DNA of 18,412 nt from Octopus sinensis. Lineage: Eukaryota. A program made the translations under genes and the position numbers. Shown here one piece after another: positions 8,718 to 18,357 of this stretch (positions within the stretch are counted from its first letter, which is position 1; each line of letters begins with the position of its first letter). The notes beneath the pieces were generated by a model. The model made no database searches and was not told the origin of the DNA. It saw nothing but the letters and a program-made list of their open reading frames with translations. The stretch is taken from the NCBI RefSeq assembly GCF_006345805.1, contig NW_021824504.1, positions 1 to 18,412 on the forward strand. The letters run 5' to 3'.

Positions 8718-9004
8718 TTTCTTTTACTTGATACAGTCATTTAACTGCGGCCATGCTGGAGCAACGCTTTGAAGGATTTAGTCGAAAAAATCGATCCCAT
8801 TATTTGTTGTTGTCTTTTTTTAACGTGGTGCTTATTCTAACGGCCTCTTTTACCGAGCAGCTACGTATTAAGAACGAAACAGACCAGCATCGGTTTTCAA
8901 ACGGTGGTAGAGGACAAACGGAAGAGATACACTTACACATGCATACATACATACACAAACACACACACATATACATACATGCGACGGCTTCTGCACAGTT
9001 TCCG
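8718..9004 (-). mobile_element. SINE 3' portion (352-type), tail-to-tail with the preceding copy
   Basis: CTTTTACTTG..CAGTCATTTAACTGCGGCCATGCTGGAGCA...CCAGCATCGGTT..CAAACGGTGG...CGACGGCTTCTGCACAGTTTCCG. Confidence 0.85.
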
Positions 9005-9257
9005 ATCGATATAGAAATCGTTAACTAAAACATTCGCTGATTTGTACAAAGTTGGCCGAACTAGACTTAATTCCACATACACACAAGAAACAGCATTAGA
9101 TTAAAATACTGTTTTTACTTCGTGTATTGACCAGAAGAAGCGTTTTAGATCAAAGAGTTCCATTTAATTGCACTTCGCTAGAATCACAATTTTGATTAAT
9201 TAATTAACCAGTCAGTATAATGTCAAATCATTTTACCATCTGTAAATTCATATGTGT

Positions 9258-9306
<49 letters not shown>

Positions 9307-9550
9307 CGTGCGTGTGTGTGCGTGTATATATATCGTAAATCCAAAATTTTATTTTGGTAGTTATGGGAGCAACTGTCTTCGAAGCCTCATATTGTCGCTC
9401 AATGCTCGAAATGAGGAGTAGTTAGACAGCTGACAACTGATGAAGGGTCGTTCTTTATGTTACTTGTCCTGTTTTCAATTTGTTTCTCTCGTTGTTTGCG
9501 TATTGAACTCATTTGCTTTCGTATTTCATGTAAACACACATGCGATGATG

Positions 9551-9716
9551 GGGAGAGAAACACATACACACATAGGACTTTCAGTTTCTGTGTACCAAAT
9601 CCACTCGACCCGAAGCTATAGTAGAAAACTCTTGCTCAAGGTGCCACGCAGTGGGACTGAACCCTGAATCATGTGGTTGGTAAGCAAGCTGCTTACCACA
9701 CAGCTACTCCTGTGTC
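9551..9716 (-). mobile_element. SINE 5' portion (352-type)
   Basis: GTGCCACGCAGTGGGACTGAACCC.GAATCATGTGGTTGGTAAGCAAGCTGCTTACCACACAGCTACTCCTG is the reverse complement of the family head. Confidence 0.9.
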
Positions 9717-9811
9717 TATATATATACACACATACATAAATATATATGTGAATAATATAATATATAATCATGCATATATGCATACCTATATATATGGGTG
9801 TATATATATGG

Positions 9812-9851
<40 letters not shown>

Positions 9852-9859
9852 TATATATC

Positions 9860-9897
<38 letters not shown>

Positions 9898-9904
9898 CAT
9901 TTCA

Positions 9905-10077
9905 CATCGGTTTTCAAACGGTGGTAGAGAACAAACAGAAGAGATACACTTACACATGCATACATACACAAACACACACACACACACCATATACATACAT
10001 ACGACGGGCTTCTGCATAGTTTCCGATCGATATAGAAATCGTTATAAAACATTCACTGATTAGTTTACAAATTGGCC
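9905..10077. repeat. Local direct duplication of 8888-9057 (SINE fragment plus unique flank)
   Basis: Both copies share CATCGGTTTTCAAACGGTGGTAGAG..GAAGAGATACACTTACACATGCATACATAC and the non-SINE junction TTTCCGATCGATATAGAAATCGTTA...TTGGCC. Confidence 0.85.
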
Positions 10078-10119
10078 TATAATATGGGTGTATATAATAC
10101 CTATAAATATGGGTGTATA

Positions 10120-10152
10120 TATAGAGAGAGATAGATAGATCGATAGATAGAC

Positions 10153-10185
<33 letters not shown>

Positions 10186-10223
10186 GACAGACAGATAGAT
10201 AGATAGATAGATAGATAGACAAC

Positions 10224-10257
<34 letters not shown>

Positions 10258-10258
10258 T

Positions 10259-10320
<62 letters not shown>

Positions 10321-10321
10321 T
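10120..10321. repeat. (GATA)n/(GACA)n tetranucleotide satellite
   Basis: Directly visible. Confidence 0.95.
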
Positions 10322-10409
10322 GTCATTTCACTCAGTACGTGTATGTAAATTTGTGTGTGTGAATGTGTGTATGTGTATATCTGTGTGTCTGACTCTGTGT
10401 CTGTGGACT

Positions 10410-10634
10410 ATAACGCATGTCTTTGTGTTTGTGCTCCTTCATCCTAGGGCAACCATGTTGAATTGTTTAGATCGCCGTAACTTAGCGATTCAACAAAAGA
10501 CACCGATAGATTATGTACCAGACTTTAAAAACAAATACGTGCTAGGTTCGATTTTGGGACTAAATCCTTCAAGGCGGTGCTCCAGCATGACAGCAGTCCA
10601 ATCACTGAAACAAGTAAAAAGATAAAAGAATAAA
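10410..10634 (+). mobile_element. SINE 3' portion (352-type)
   Basis: CCGTAACTTAGCGATTC..CAAAAGACACCGATAGA...AAGGCGGTGCTCCAGCATG.CAGCAGTC...CTGAAACAAGTAAAAAGATAAAAGAATAAA. Confidence 0.85.
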
Positions 10635-11698
10635 CGAATGGTCTAGCTTTAGTTTTGTTTCTGTTTTGTTTGTTGTGTTCCGTGTAAAACGTCATCTCTT
10701 GTATCCTGTATCATTACTCAATATCCTGTTTGTCCATTGGTTGTTCATGCAACTTTAAAAGTGTTGTGGGTAAGACCAGGGAGGTAATTGATAAAATATA
10801 AGCGATGAGTGATACGATATTACATTACGAAACAGGTAGATATCAGAGATAGAACGATGTGTTTTGATGATGATGATAACAACAACAACAACAACAACAA
10901 TAATAATAATAATAAAGATGAAAAGACCTGCATCAGCAGAAATATTTGTGCAATGTAATTTCCCCCTGACTACGAGCAGTGGAATCGTAGTTTTCGCTTT
11001 TGGACATTTCACAAACGACCAATGAAAATTAGATTGGTAGAAAAAAAATTTTCAGAAATCAACCAATAATAACATATCAGTCGTATAATCACCAATGTCA
11101 AAACCGGAAACCCGCATATTTTATTTTATCTATTTATTTTATTTTTTTTCATTTTTGTTTTTTACTGGTCGAAATGGAAATTATAGGTGTTGATAATGAT
11201 TCATACCTTTGGTCATATTATTGATTTTTTTCTTCCTTTTATTTTTGTATTCTGGTGATTTTTATTATATATTTTTTTCTGCTCTTTGATAAGAAGGTAA
11301 AGATATTGGTTGTGATCAATAAATTTTGGTGACGTTTCGTTTCTGTATAAACCCATGACTCTTTGAAAACTAGATCGGCGCTTTGGAAACAGAACTCTAT
11401 TCGTTACGGTTTATTTACCGCACCCTATATGTATATAGATCAAAGCATTGAAATAACGGTTGCTCTCTAGATAAATAGTTTTTCAAAGAAATTCTCTCTT
11501 TATAATCCTCTTGGGTTTCCTGCGTTCACTAATGGCTTTTCTGTCCAGTTAAATAATCACTTGGTTGGTACAAAATACCATCACCAGCCACTTATTACGG
11601 ATTCTTTATTATTAGTATTTTCACTGTACCAGATGATCAGTGAGTGTCCGAATCGATAGCGCTCCAGCTAAAATGCATTATGATATTTTACTAGATCT

Positions 11699-11977
11699 CA
11701 GCGTTCAGAGATCGAATTACGAAGAGGTTAACTTTACTTTTAATCCTCCCGAGATCTGTAAAATAATGAATTAGCCAAATAATTCTTTCTATTTTTGGCA
11801 CACAGTTACAAATTTTAGGAGAGTGAGACTATTATATTACATAGGCATCATTTACTTGACTGTTATTTTTCATCATATTTTTCATCATCCCTAGAAGGAT
11901 GAAAAGCAAAGATGACCTCGGCGGAATTTGAACTCAGAACGGAAAACGCTGAAAGAAACATCGTTAAGAACGATTTG
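11699..11977. mobile_element. Two decayed 7487-type SINE fragments, tail-to-tail (+ 11699-11767; - 11779-11977)
   Basis: GCGTTCAGAGATCGAATTACGAAGAGGTTAACTTTACTTTT on +; GGATGAAAAGCAAAGATGACCTCGGCGGAATTTGAACTCAGAAC is the reverse complement of the family body. Confidence 0.7.
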
Positions 11978-12019
11978 TTTTGATGATGATGATGATGATA
12001 ATAATAACAACACATAAAA

Positions 12020-12215
12020 CCACCTAAAAGCACCTTCTAAAAGTGCCAAAACTATAAAATCAGCCATTTTTGGCCTTCTAAGGGCTTTAGAACCCAATAA
12101 CTATAGTTTTTTTGTTTCTTTATTTTTTTGTTTTTTGTTATTTTTGCTTTAGAGTTTAAAAAGACTGATTTCATAGTTTTGGTTCATTTTTAGGTTTTTA
12201 AAGGCTTTTAGAGCC
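12020..12215. repeat. Imperfect inverted repeat downstream of the hAT coding remnant (possible subterminal repeats)
   Basis: CCAAAACTATAAAATCAGCC (~12046-12065) versus GACTGATTTCATAGTTTTGG (~12163-12182), with further weak pairing on both sides. The true element terminus is not identified. Confidence 0.5.
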
Positions 12216-12339
12216 AGAAAAGGGTTTAAAAAACCCTCAAATGAAACACTATACTATTATTAAACTAAAAAAGTTTATTGATAAAATGGCTGTAAAAAAA
12301 TAAAATAACAAAATGAAAAACGCGATATATACATAATTT

Positions 12340-12700
12340 AATTTTTTCTCTTCCTCGTTCTCCATTTTGTTCATGAGATGCATGTTGACCTTCATGAAAA
12401 TTAGTATGTCAAAATTCTCATCGGACAGGGATGAACTCTTGGCCTTCAAGATGTCCTCGCTCACAGAGAACAAACTCTCCACTGCAGCATTGGAAGGGAA
12501 TGGCTGTGTTGGACTTGATGAACAAGTCCACCAACACTTGTTCACCCAAGAAGGTAGCATCTGGCAGCAAGTCCTAGAAGTTGGTCTCCAACCAGGTCTT
12601 CACCAAATTCTGGGCCTTGTCCTTGAGTGACCTGTGGCCCTGCTGCTCTCTTTTGGCTGGATGACAAAAGTCCTCCTCCCATAAATAACCTTGCCTGGAC
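12340..12700 (-). pseudogene. hAT transposase C-terminal fragment including the dimerisation domain
   Basis: Reconstructed HRSLKDKAQNLVKTWLETNF*DLLPDATFLGEQVLVDLFIKSNTAIP/SNAAVESLFSVSEDILKAKSSSLSDENFDILIFMKVN. Matches the hAT motif P.S...ER.FS.......R..LS...F..L.F.K.N. In-frame TAG at 12574-12576 and a +1 frameshift near 12495. Confidence 0.88.
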
Positions 12701-12744
12701 TTGTGCCTCGGGGGGGGGGAACTTTCTAGGTGCAATCCCATGGT

Positions 12745-12912
12745 CATTCATGACCGAAGGGGGTCTTTACTTTTTATTAGGAATTTTATAGGAAAATTGT
12801 TAAAATATTTCACGTATTGTCGGTGTATATCAAATTTGTTGCTCATAAACATTAACAACGAAATCTTAAGTGGACCCCCAAAGGTCATATGAACCCTGGT
12901 TGAGAAACACTG
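12745..12912 (-). mobile_element. hAT/Charlie-type MITE end (one intact TIR)
   Basis: Reverse complement of 12891-12912 is CAGTGTTTCTCAACCAGGGTTC, a typical Charlie/MER5-like terminus. A degenerate partner arm CATGACCGAAGGGGGTC lies near 12748-12765, but its outer TIR is missing. Confidence 0.7.
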
Positions 12913-13336
12913 GTGTAGAATCTTCCTCGTTAAATTGTTAATTAGTATCACCACTGATATCATTGTTATTTAGCGTCAGGTTAACCCTGATCCAGTAGAC
13001 CTATGATCAAATACTTTCTAGCCGTGACCATATCACCATATTCTCCAGCATGCAAAGGACCTCATTGTCACAATATTCAATACGTTATTTTGTAAGAAAG
13101 TAAATTGAGAATCGAAGGAGATTTATGGAACATAAAAAAGAGAGCTTGCAGTACAGAATTTGAACCCACGAACTTCACCTATGCAGGTGCTACCCAGAAT
13201 GGTCAAACTGAAGGAATTAAGGGTCAAAGTGAATTTTTGAAGGGATAAAATTGTGCAGAATAATTGTGGGAAGACTGAGGTTTCCGGGGAATAGCGTTTC
13301 TGGAATGGAGCGGTCGAGTAAAATGTTTAAGTATAA

Positions 13337-13478
13337 GGCGCAGGAGTGGCTGTGTGGTAAGAAGTTTGCTTCCCAACCACATGGTTCCGGGTTCAATCCC
13401 ACTGCGTAAGTGTCTTCTACTATAGCCTCTGACTGACCAAAGCGAATTTGGCAGACGGAAGCTGAAAGAAGCCCGTCG

Positions 13479-13535
<57 letters not shown>

Positions 13536-13697
13536 ATATGTATTTGTGTGTTTGTTTGTCAGCTCCACCATCGTTTGACAACCGATATTGGTGTGCTTAC
13601 GTCCTTGAAAGTTAGCGGTTCAGTTAAAAAAAACGATAGAATAATTCCTGGGGTCGATTTGTTCGACTAAAGGCGGTGCTCCAGCATGGAGTCAAAT
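13337..13697 (+). mobile_element. SINE (352-type) with internal (TA)n(TG)n linker, 3' end truncated
   Basis: GGCGCAGGAGTGGCTGTGTGGTAAGAAGTTTGCTTCCCAACCACATGGTTCCGGGTTCAATCCCACTGCG ... AGGCGGTGCTCCAGCATGG.AGTCAAAT. Confidence 0.92.
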
Positions 13698-13750
13698 TCT
13701 GGGCCTTGTCCTTGAGTGACCTGTGGCTCCTGCTGCTCTCGTTTGGCTGG
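13693..13750 (-). pseudogene. Second hAT transposase fragment, near-identical to 12604-12660
   Basis: 58 bp versus 57 bp with one substitution and one 1-nt indel. Encodes QPNESSRSHRSLKDKAQNL. Confidence 0.85.
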
Positions 13751-14324
13751 GTAAAAGAATAGAGGTTGGAATAAGCGTTAAAAAAGACTGGATTCTGATT
13801 GTTAAGCATCTATTCTTCGATATTCCAAGAGAGAATAAGGTTTTGGATTTTTCAAACAAGGATTTCCAAGGGTACCCCCTCCACTGTTCACTGTTCAATG
13901 TAATCTATTAAAATCTATTAAAACCTTTCGCATCATCTCACCTCTCGCCATCTTTTAATTTTTTATTTTAATTAATTTTTCATTATTTCGTTTTGTCATT
14001 TTTTCTAGTTTTCTTCGTATATTCTTAGCTTTTGCTTTCCCTATCACTAATTGCTAACTTCTCACTTATCACTTCCTTCCTTCCTTCCTTCCTTCCTTCT
14101 ATCTGTTCATTCCTCCTGTCCTTCATTCCCCTTAGCTTAGTTTTACTTATCTTAACATAGCACCCTCACCTCTCACCATCCTACTAACGGCGTTACCCTG
14201 TTATCTCTCTGTAAGAGAGAGGAAATATGAAAAACGAGTTCAATTTAATAGCTTCACTGGGGATCGAAACTACATTGTCGTGAACAGCAATATACAACGT
14301 CATTACCTTAGTAATAGTAGTGAG

Positions 14325-14426
14325 CTATATTACACAGTAGCAACAGACTCCGCTGCCCACATCGTCACCATCATCAGATGGCAGTGAGGTGTAATCAACA
14401 TTAACAACAGGCTCTGTTGCTTCACA
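14325..14426 (-). CDS. Candidate terminal coding exon CEATEPVVNVDYTSLPSDDGDDVGSGVCCYCVI*
   Basis: Open frame from a CAG acceptor (14429-14427, phase 0; in-frame TAA just upstream) to TAG. Non-repetitive, protein-like composition. ATTAAA ~80 nt downstream on the - strand. Pyrimidine tract is weak and no homologue is recognised. Confidence 0.3.
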   Translation of the reverse strand, partial: CEATEPVVNVDYTSLPSDDGDDVGSGVCCYCVI

Positions 14427-14548
14427 CTGAGGTTACGTGATGCTCAATGGTCGCCATTAAATTTAAAGAGAAGCATTGTCGTGTGTTGGCGTCAATAGAA
14501 ATAAATTTCATTTTATTGGCTGGATACGTGTGTAGATGTATACCAATG

Positions 14549-14549
<1 letters not shown>

Positions 14550-14630
<81 letters not shown>

Positions 14631-15050
14631 TAAATACATATTGCATATATACATATATATATGTAATATGTATTTATATGTGTTTATATATATATGTACA
14701 CATATGTATATATACACACACACACATATATATATATATATAGACGCATATATGCATACACACACATAAATTTGTATATATATATATATATAATATAATT
14801 TCATGCGTATATATATGTACATATATAAACATATGTATAATAGATAGATATATGGATAAATAGATAGATAGAAAGACTGATAGATAGATAGATAGATAGA
14901 TATATATCAATTAGTTTTTTTCTTTTAATATATGTAGGTATATCGATTAACTTGAATGTACATAGATACGCAATATACATACATAAATACACACACACAC
15001 ACACATATATATATAAATATACATATATATATATATGTATGTATGTATTG
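14550..15050. repeat. Compound (CT)n/(TA)n/(CA)n/(GATA)n microsatellite block
   Basis: Directly visible. Confidence 0.9.
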
Positions 15051-15269
15051 TATCGATTAGTTTGACTGTGTAATAAAATTGGAATTATCGATTTGATTGC
15101 CTGTGTGTTTGTGTGAAAGAGTCAAAAGGTAGAGGGTGGGGGAGATATGAGTGGCAGTGGGGGGAGTGGTATATCCGTTAGAGCTATTTGATAAATCTAG
15201 CGTACCTTGCTATGAATCATCATCAAACCGAGATTGGACGAAAGAAATGTATAAATAATTCATAACTAC

Positions 15270-15974
15270 GTGTATGGATGACCAGGGATAGTGTGAGGAG
15301 TGGTGCAGGGGTGGGAGAAAGTGAGGTGGACAGGAGGGAAGAGGGTATGTATGCGCGCGTGTGTATGAACCAAGGGCAATCTAGGAAGATAGAGAGAGAG
15401 GAGGAATGGGGAGAGGGTGTGGAGAAAGAGAGAGTGGAGAGAGAGAGGATAGAGAGAGAGACGGTGGATAGAGTGAAGGTGGAGAGAGAGTGGAGTGAGC
15501 AAGAGTAGAGAGAGAGGGTGGAGAGGGGGTGGAGAGAGAGTGGAGAGAGAGAGAGAGAGAGAGTGTGTGTGTGGAAACAGAGAGGGTGGAAAGAGAAAGT
15601 GGAGAGAGAGGAGGGAAGAGGGAGAAAGATGAACAGACAGACGTGGAGAGAGAGAGAGAGACAGAGAGACAGAGACAGAGAGAGACAGAGGCGGGTGTCT
15701 GAGTATGTGCGTATAAATGGGCCTTGTGTTATAGAGAAAGAAAGAGATGTGGTAACAGGAGGAAGAGATGGCGGAGAGAGGAAGGGAGAGAAGAGGAAAA
15801 GAGAGAGGAAGAGAAAGGTGAGGAAGGGAGAGAGGAGGAGAGGGAGATGGAGGGACGGACAGACAGGCAAACAGGTAGAGGTCTGTATTAAATATTGGGT
15901 GTGTATGTGTGCGTGTGTGTGTATGCGTGTAGGAATAGGTAGTGTGTTTGGAGATAATAACCAGAAAGACAGAC

Positions 15975-16012
<38 letters not shown>

Positions 16013-16044
16013 TTGGGTGGGTAGATAGATAGATAGATAGATAG

Positions 16045-16087
<43 letters not shown>

Positions 16088-16230
16088 GGATAGATAAATA
16101 TATAGATAGACAGATAGAGAGAGAGGGGGGACTGGGGGAGAGAGATTGAGCGAGAGAGGAAGAGACAGGAAGAGAGGAGAGGGGGAGTTAGGAGGAGAGA
16201 ATGAGAGATGCACACACAGGTCGGTAGAAA
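15270..16230. repeat. Strand-asymmetric purine-rich tract: GTGGAGAGAGAG-like minisatellite, (GA)n, (GATA)n
   Basis: Nearly pure G/A on + over long stretches; source of the spurious 330/315-aa Leu/Ser ORFs. Confidence 0.9.
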
Positions 16231-16555
16231 AAGAGAGAAATGAGTCTGTATTAAATGTATGTGCGTGTGCGCGCGGGAGCTTGTGTTAGAGCGCGTTTTA
16301 GATATAGCATTTGACGTGTGTAGTACCTAATTTCCAGCGGGCTAATCACGGGATATTTCAGATTTGGAAATGGTGACTGTGATAAGGAACGCGGGCTGAA
16401 AAAATATCACATGAAACCCCGCATCAGAAAATACTTTTATAATTGTGCAACGGAATTCAGGATATGAGAAACAAACTTATACCTTACAACGGATTTACGT
16501 CCGATGCTCCACTGGATCTTACTAATTTTTTTATTCAGGACATGCTAATAATGAC

Positions 16556-16593
<38 letters not shown>

Positions 16594-16595
16594 TG

Positions 16596-17150
16596 TTCTG
16601 ATGCAGTACCAGGCAGTGGCGCTCATGGCTTCTGATCTCAACTGATTGGAAGTGTTATCTAGTACATTGTTTTGTCTTGGTATAAAAGATGGGCTACAGC
16701 AAATATTCTGCTCAATACCACAGATTTGCTTGTCAGTTGTTTGACTTTAATCAGTTGAGCATGTCTCTTGGTGGTTGACGACATGTGCATCTCTGATCAC
16801 AAGTCGAAGTAGTGGGGGAGCATCATAGCCATGTGTTGAGAGGAATTCTTTGGGATTTGAACAATTCACCTCTGGAAACATGGGTGTTTCATTCATCACC
16901 CTTAAACAACCGTTATTGAGAGACATTTTGAGCGGAATGAGCTACTCGATCTGAAGGAAATTATAACTGGGCTCCACCTGAAAGGTCATGCACTGTTTTA
17001 CTTGATATAAGATCACCATGTTGCGCACATATGGTTGTGATGTATGTGCCTGGTGTAACCTTATCAGACGGGTAGTCATGATGGTTAAATTGGGCTTTGT
17101 ATATTTGTATCCCAGGGCCACTTTGATGACATGCATTACTGTCTCACTCA
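16596..17150. mobile_element. ~555-bp interspersed element flanked on both sides by (TAA)n; possibly Dong/R4-clade related
   Basis: A complex sequence that I recall as a high-copy octopus repeat, bounded by (TAA)n at 16561-16590 and 17151-17184. No intact ORF. Family assignment is inferred from the target sequence only. Confidence 0.55.
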
Positions 17151-17183
17151 AAATAATAATAATTATAATAATAATAATAATAA

Positions 17184-17255
<72 letters not shown>
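17151..17255. repeat. (AAT)n/(AGT)n microsatellite
   Basis: Directly visible. Confidence 0.95.
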
Positions 17256-17256
<1 letters not shown>

Positions 17257-17435
17257 TTCAAATTTTTGGCACAGGGCCAGCAATTTCAGCAGAACTGGTA
17301 CTTATTTTATCGACCCCGAAAATATGAAAAGCAAATGTTGACCTCTGTCGAATTTGAACTCAGAACGTAAAGCCGGAAGCAATACTGTTAAGCACTTTGT
17401 CCGGCATACTAACATTTCTCCCAGCCCTCTCCCAT
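17257..17435 (-). mobile_element. 7487-type SINE, internally shortened
   Basis: ACTGGTACTTATTTTATCGACCCCGAAA..ATGAAAAGCAAA.GTTGACCTC.GTCGAATTTGAACTCAGAACGTAAAG is the reverse complement of the family body. Confidence 0.85.
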
Positions 17436-17439
17436 AAAA

Positions 17440-17465
17440 ACAACAGCAATAGCAACAGCAACAAC

Positions 17466-17518
<53 letters not shown>

Positions 17519-17540
17519 AGGAGGAGGAGGAGGAGGAGTA
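17440..17540. repeat. (CAA/CAG)n-(TAG)n-(GAG)n compound trinucleotide repeat
   Basis: Directly visible. Confidence 0.95.
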
Positions 17541-17620
17541 GTTTTCATTTCTTTGCCTCGGGGGCCATCAGTGCATTTTTACAAAATATATATATTAATT
17601 TAGACAAAAAACAAAAAATA

Positions 17621-17790
17621 CAGGGTGCAATTGGTAAACTGTCGCCATTTTATATTTTAAATTTCGCGCATAGTTTATTTTTAATTTTGTCGACAATACA
17701 GTATAGTAGGGTCAATTGGCCACCGTCTGTGAAAAAAACATCACCATGACGAAATTCACTCTACCAGAAATTTGGGGCAAAATATATGGT
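17621..17790 (+). mobile_element. Possible Tc1/mariner-type element end (single terminus)
   Basis: Begins TA|CAGGGTG, a common Tc1/mariner terminus. No partner CACCCTG|TA seen in the window. Confidence 0.35.
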
Positions 17791-17844
17791 AAAAAAATAT
17801 GTATAAAACACACATAAGAAATATATAATATTGTTTGCACGCGC

Positions 17845-18045
17845 GTGTCGTTGTGTCCATGTTTGTCCCCACCACCGTTTGACAACTGATGTTGGTGTGT
17901 TTACGTCCCCGTAACTTAGCAGTTCGACAAAAGATACTGATAGAATACGTACAAGGCTTAAAAAAGAAGTACTGATTGCGATTCATTCGACTAAAAATTC
18001 AAGACAGTGCCCCAACATGGCCACAGTCTAATGACTATAAAAAGA
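17845..18045 (+). mobile_element. SINE 3' portion (352-type)
   Basis: TTTGACAACTGATGTTGGTGTGTTTACGTCCCCGTAACTTAGCAGTTCG.CAAAAGATACTGATAGAATA...CATGGCCACAGTCTAATGACT. Confidence 0.88.
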
Positions 18046-18049
18046 TTGT

Positions 18050-18185
18050 GTGTAAGTGTTTGGTGTGTGTGTGTGTGTATGTGTGTGTGTGTGTGCATGA
18101 GAGAGAGAGAGAACAATATATGTATGTCTAGATATATAATCGATAACATAATAAATATATGCATAAACAGACAAACAGACAGACT

Positions 18186-18262
<77 letters not shown>
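18050..18262. repeat. (GT)n/(GA)n/(GATA)n microsatellites
   Basis: Directly visible. Confidence 0.95.
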
Positions 18263-18357
18263 TGATATTATCGCGATATAGATTCTTGGGTTAGTTTTGA
18301 AATGAAACTGCGTTAAAACCAATGTTATCCTATTTGGGAAAACTCATAATAATTAGC

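Noticed and set aside
9437-9460. CTGATGA resembling a second hammerhead core
   Set aside because: Only a weak GU-rich stem II and no following GAAA or stem III. The surrounding 9361-9540 is probably an unclassified repeat.
352-13420. tRNA-like A/B boxes as tRNA genes
   Set aside because: They run directly into SINE bodies and do not form complete cloverleaves.
15223-16215. Longest ORFs (330 aa, 315 aa on -; 156 aa on +)
   Set aside because: They are translations of the GA/GATA tract; CT-rich strands lack stop codons. No domain-like sequence.
16324-16467. ATG-less open frame ...FGNGDCDKERGLKKYHMKPRIRKYFYNCATEFRI*
   Set aside because: About 47 codons with a weak acceptor and no recognisable homology; compatible with chance.
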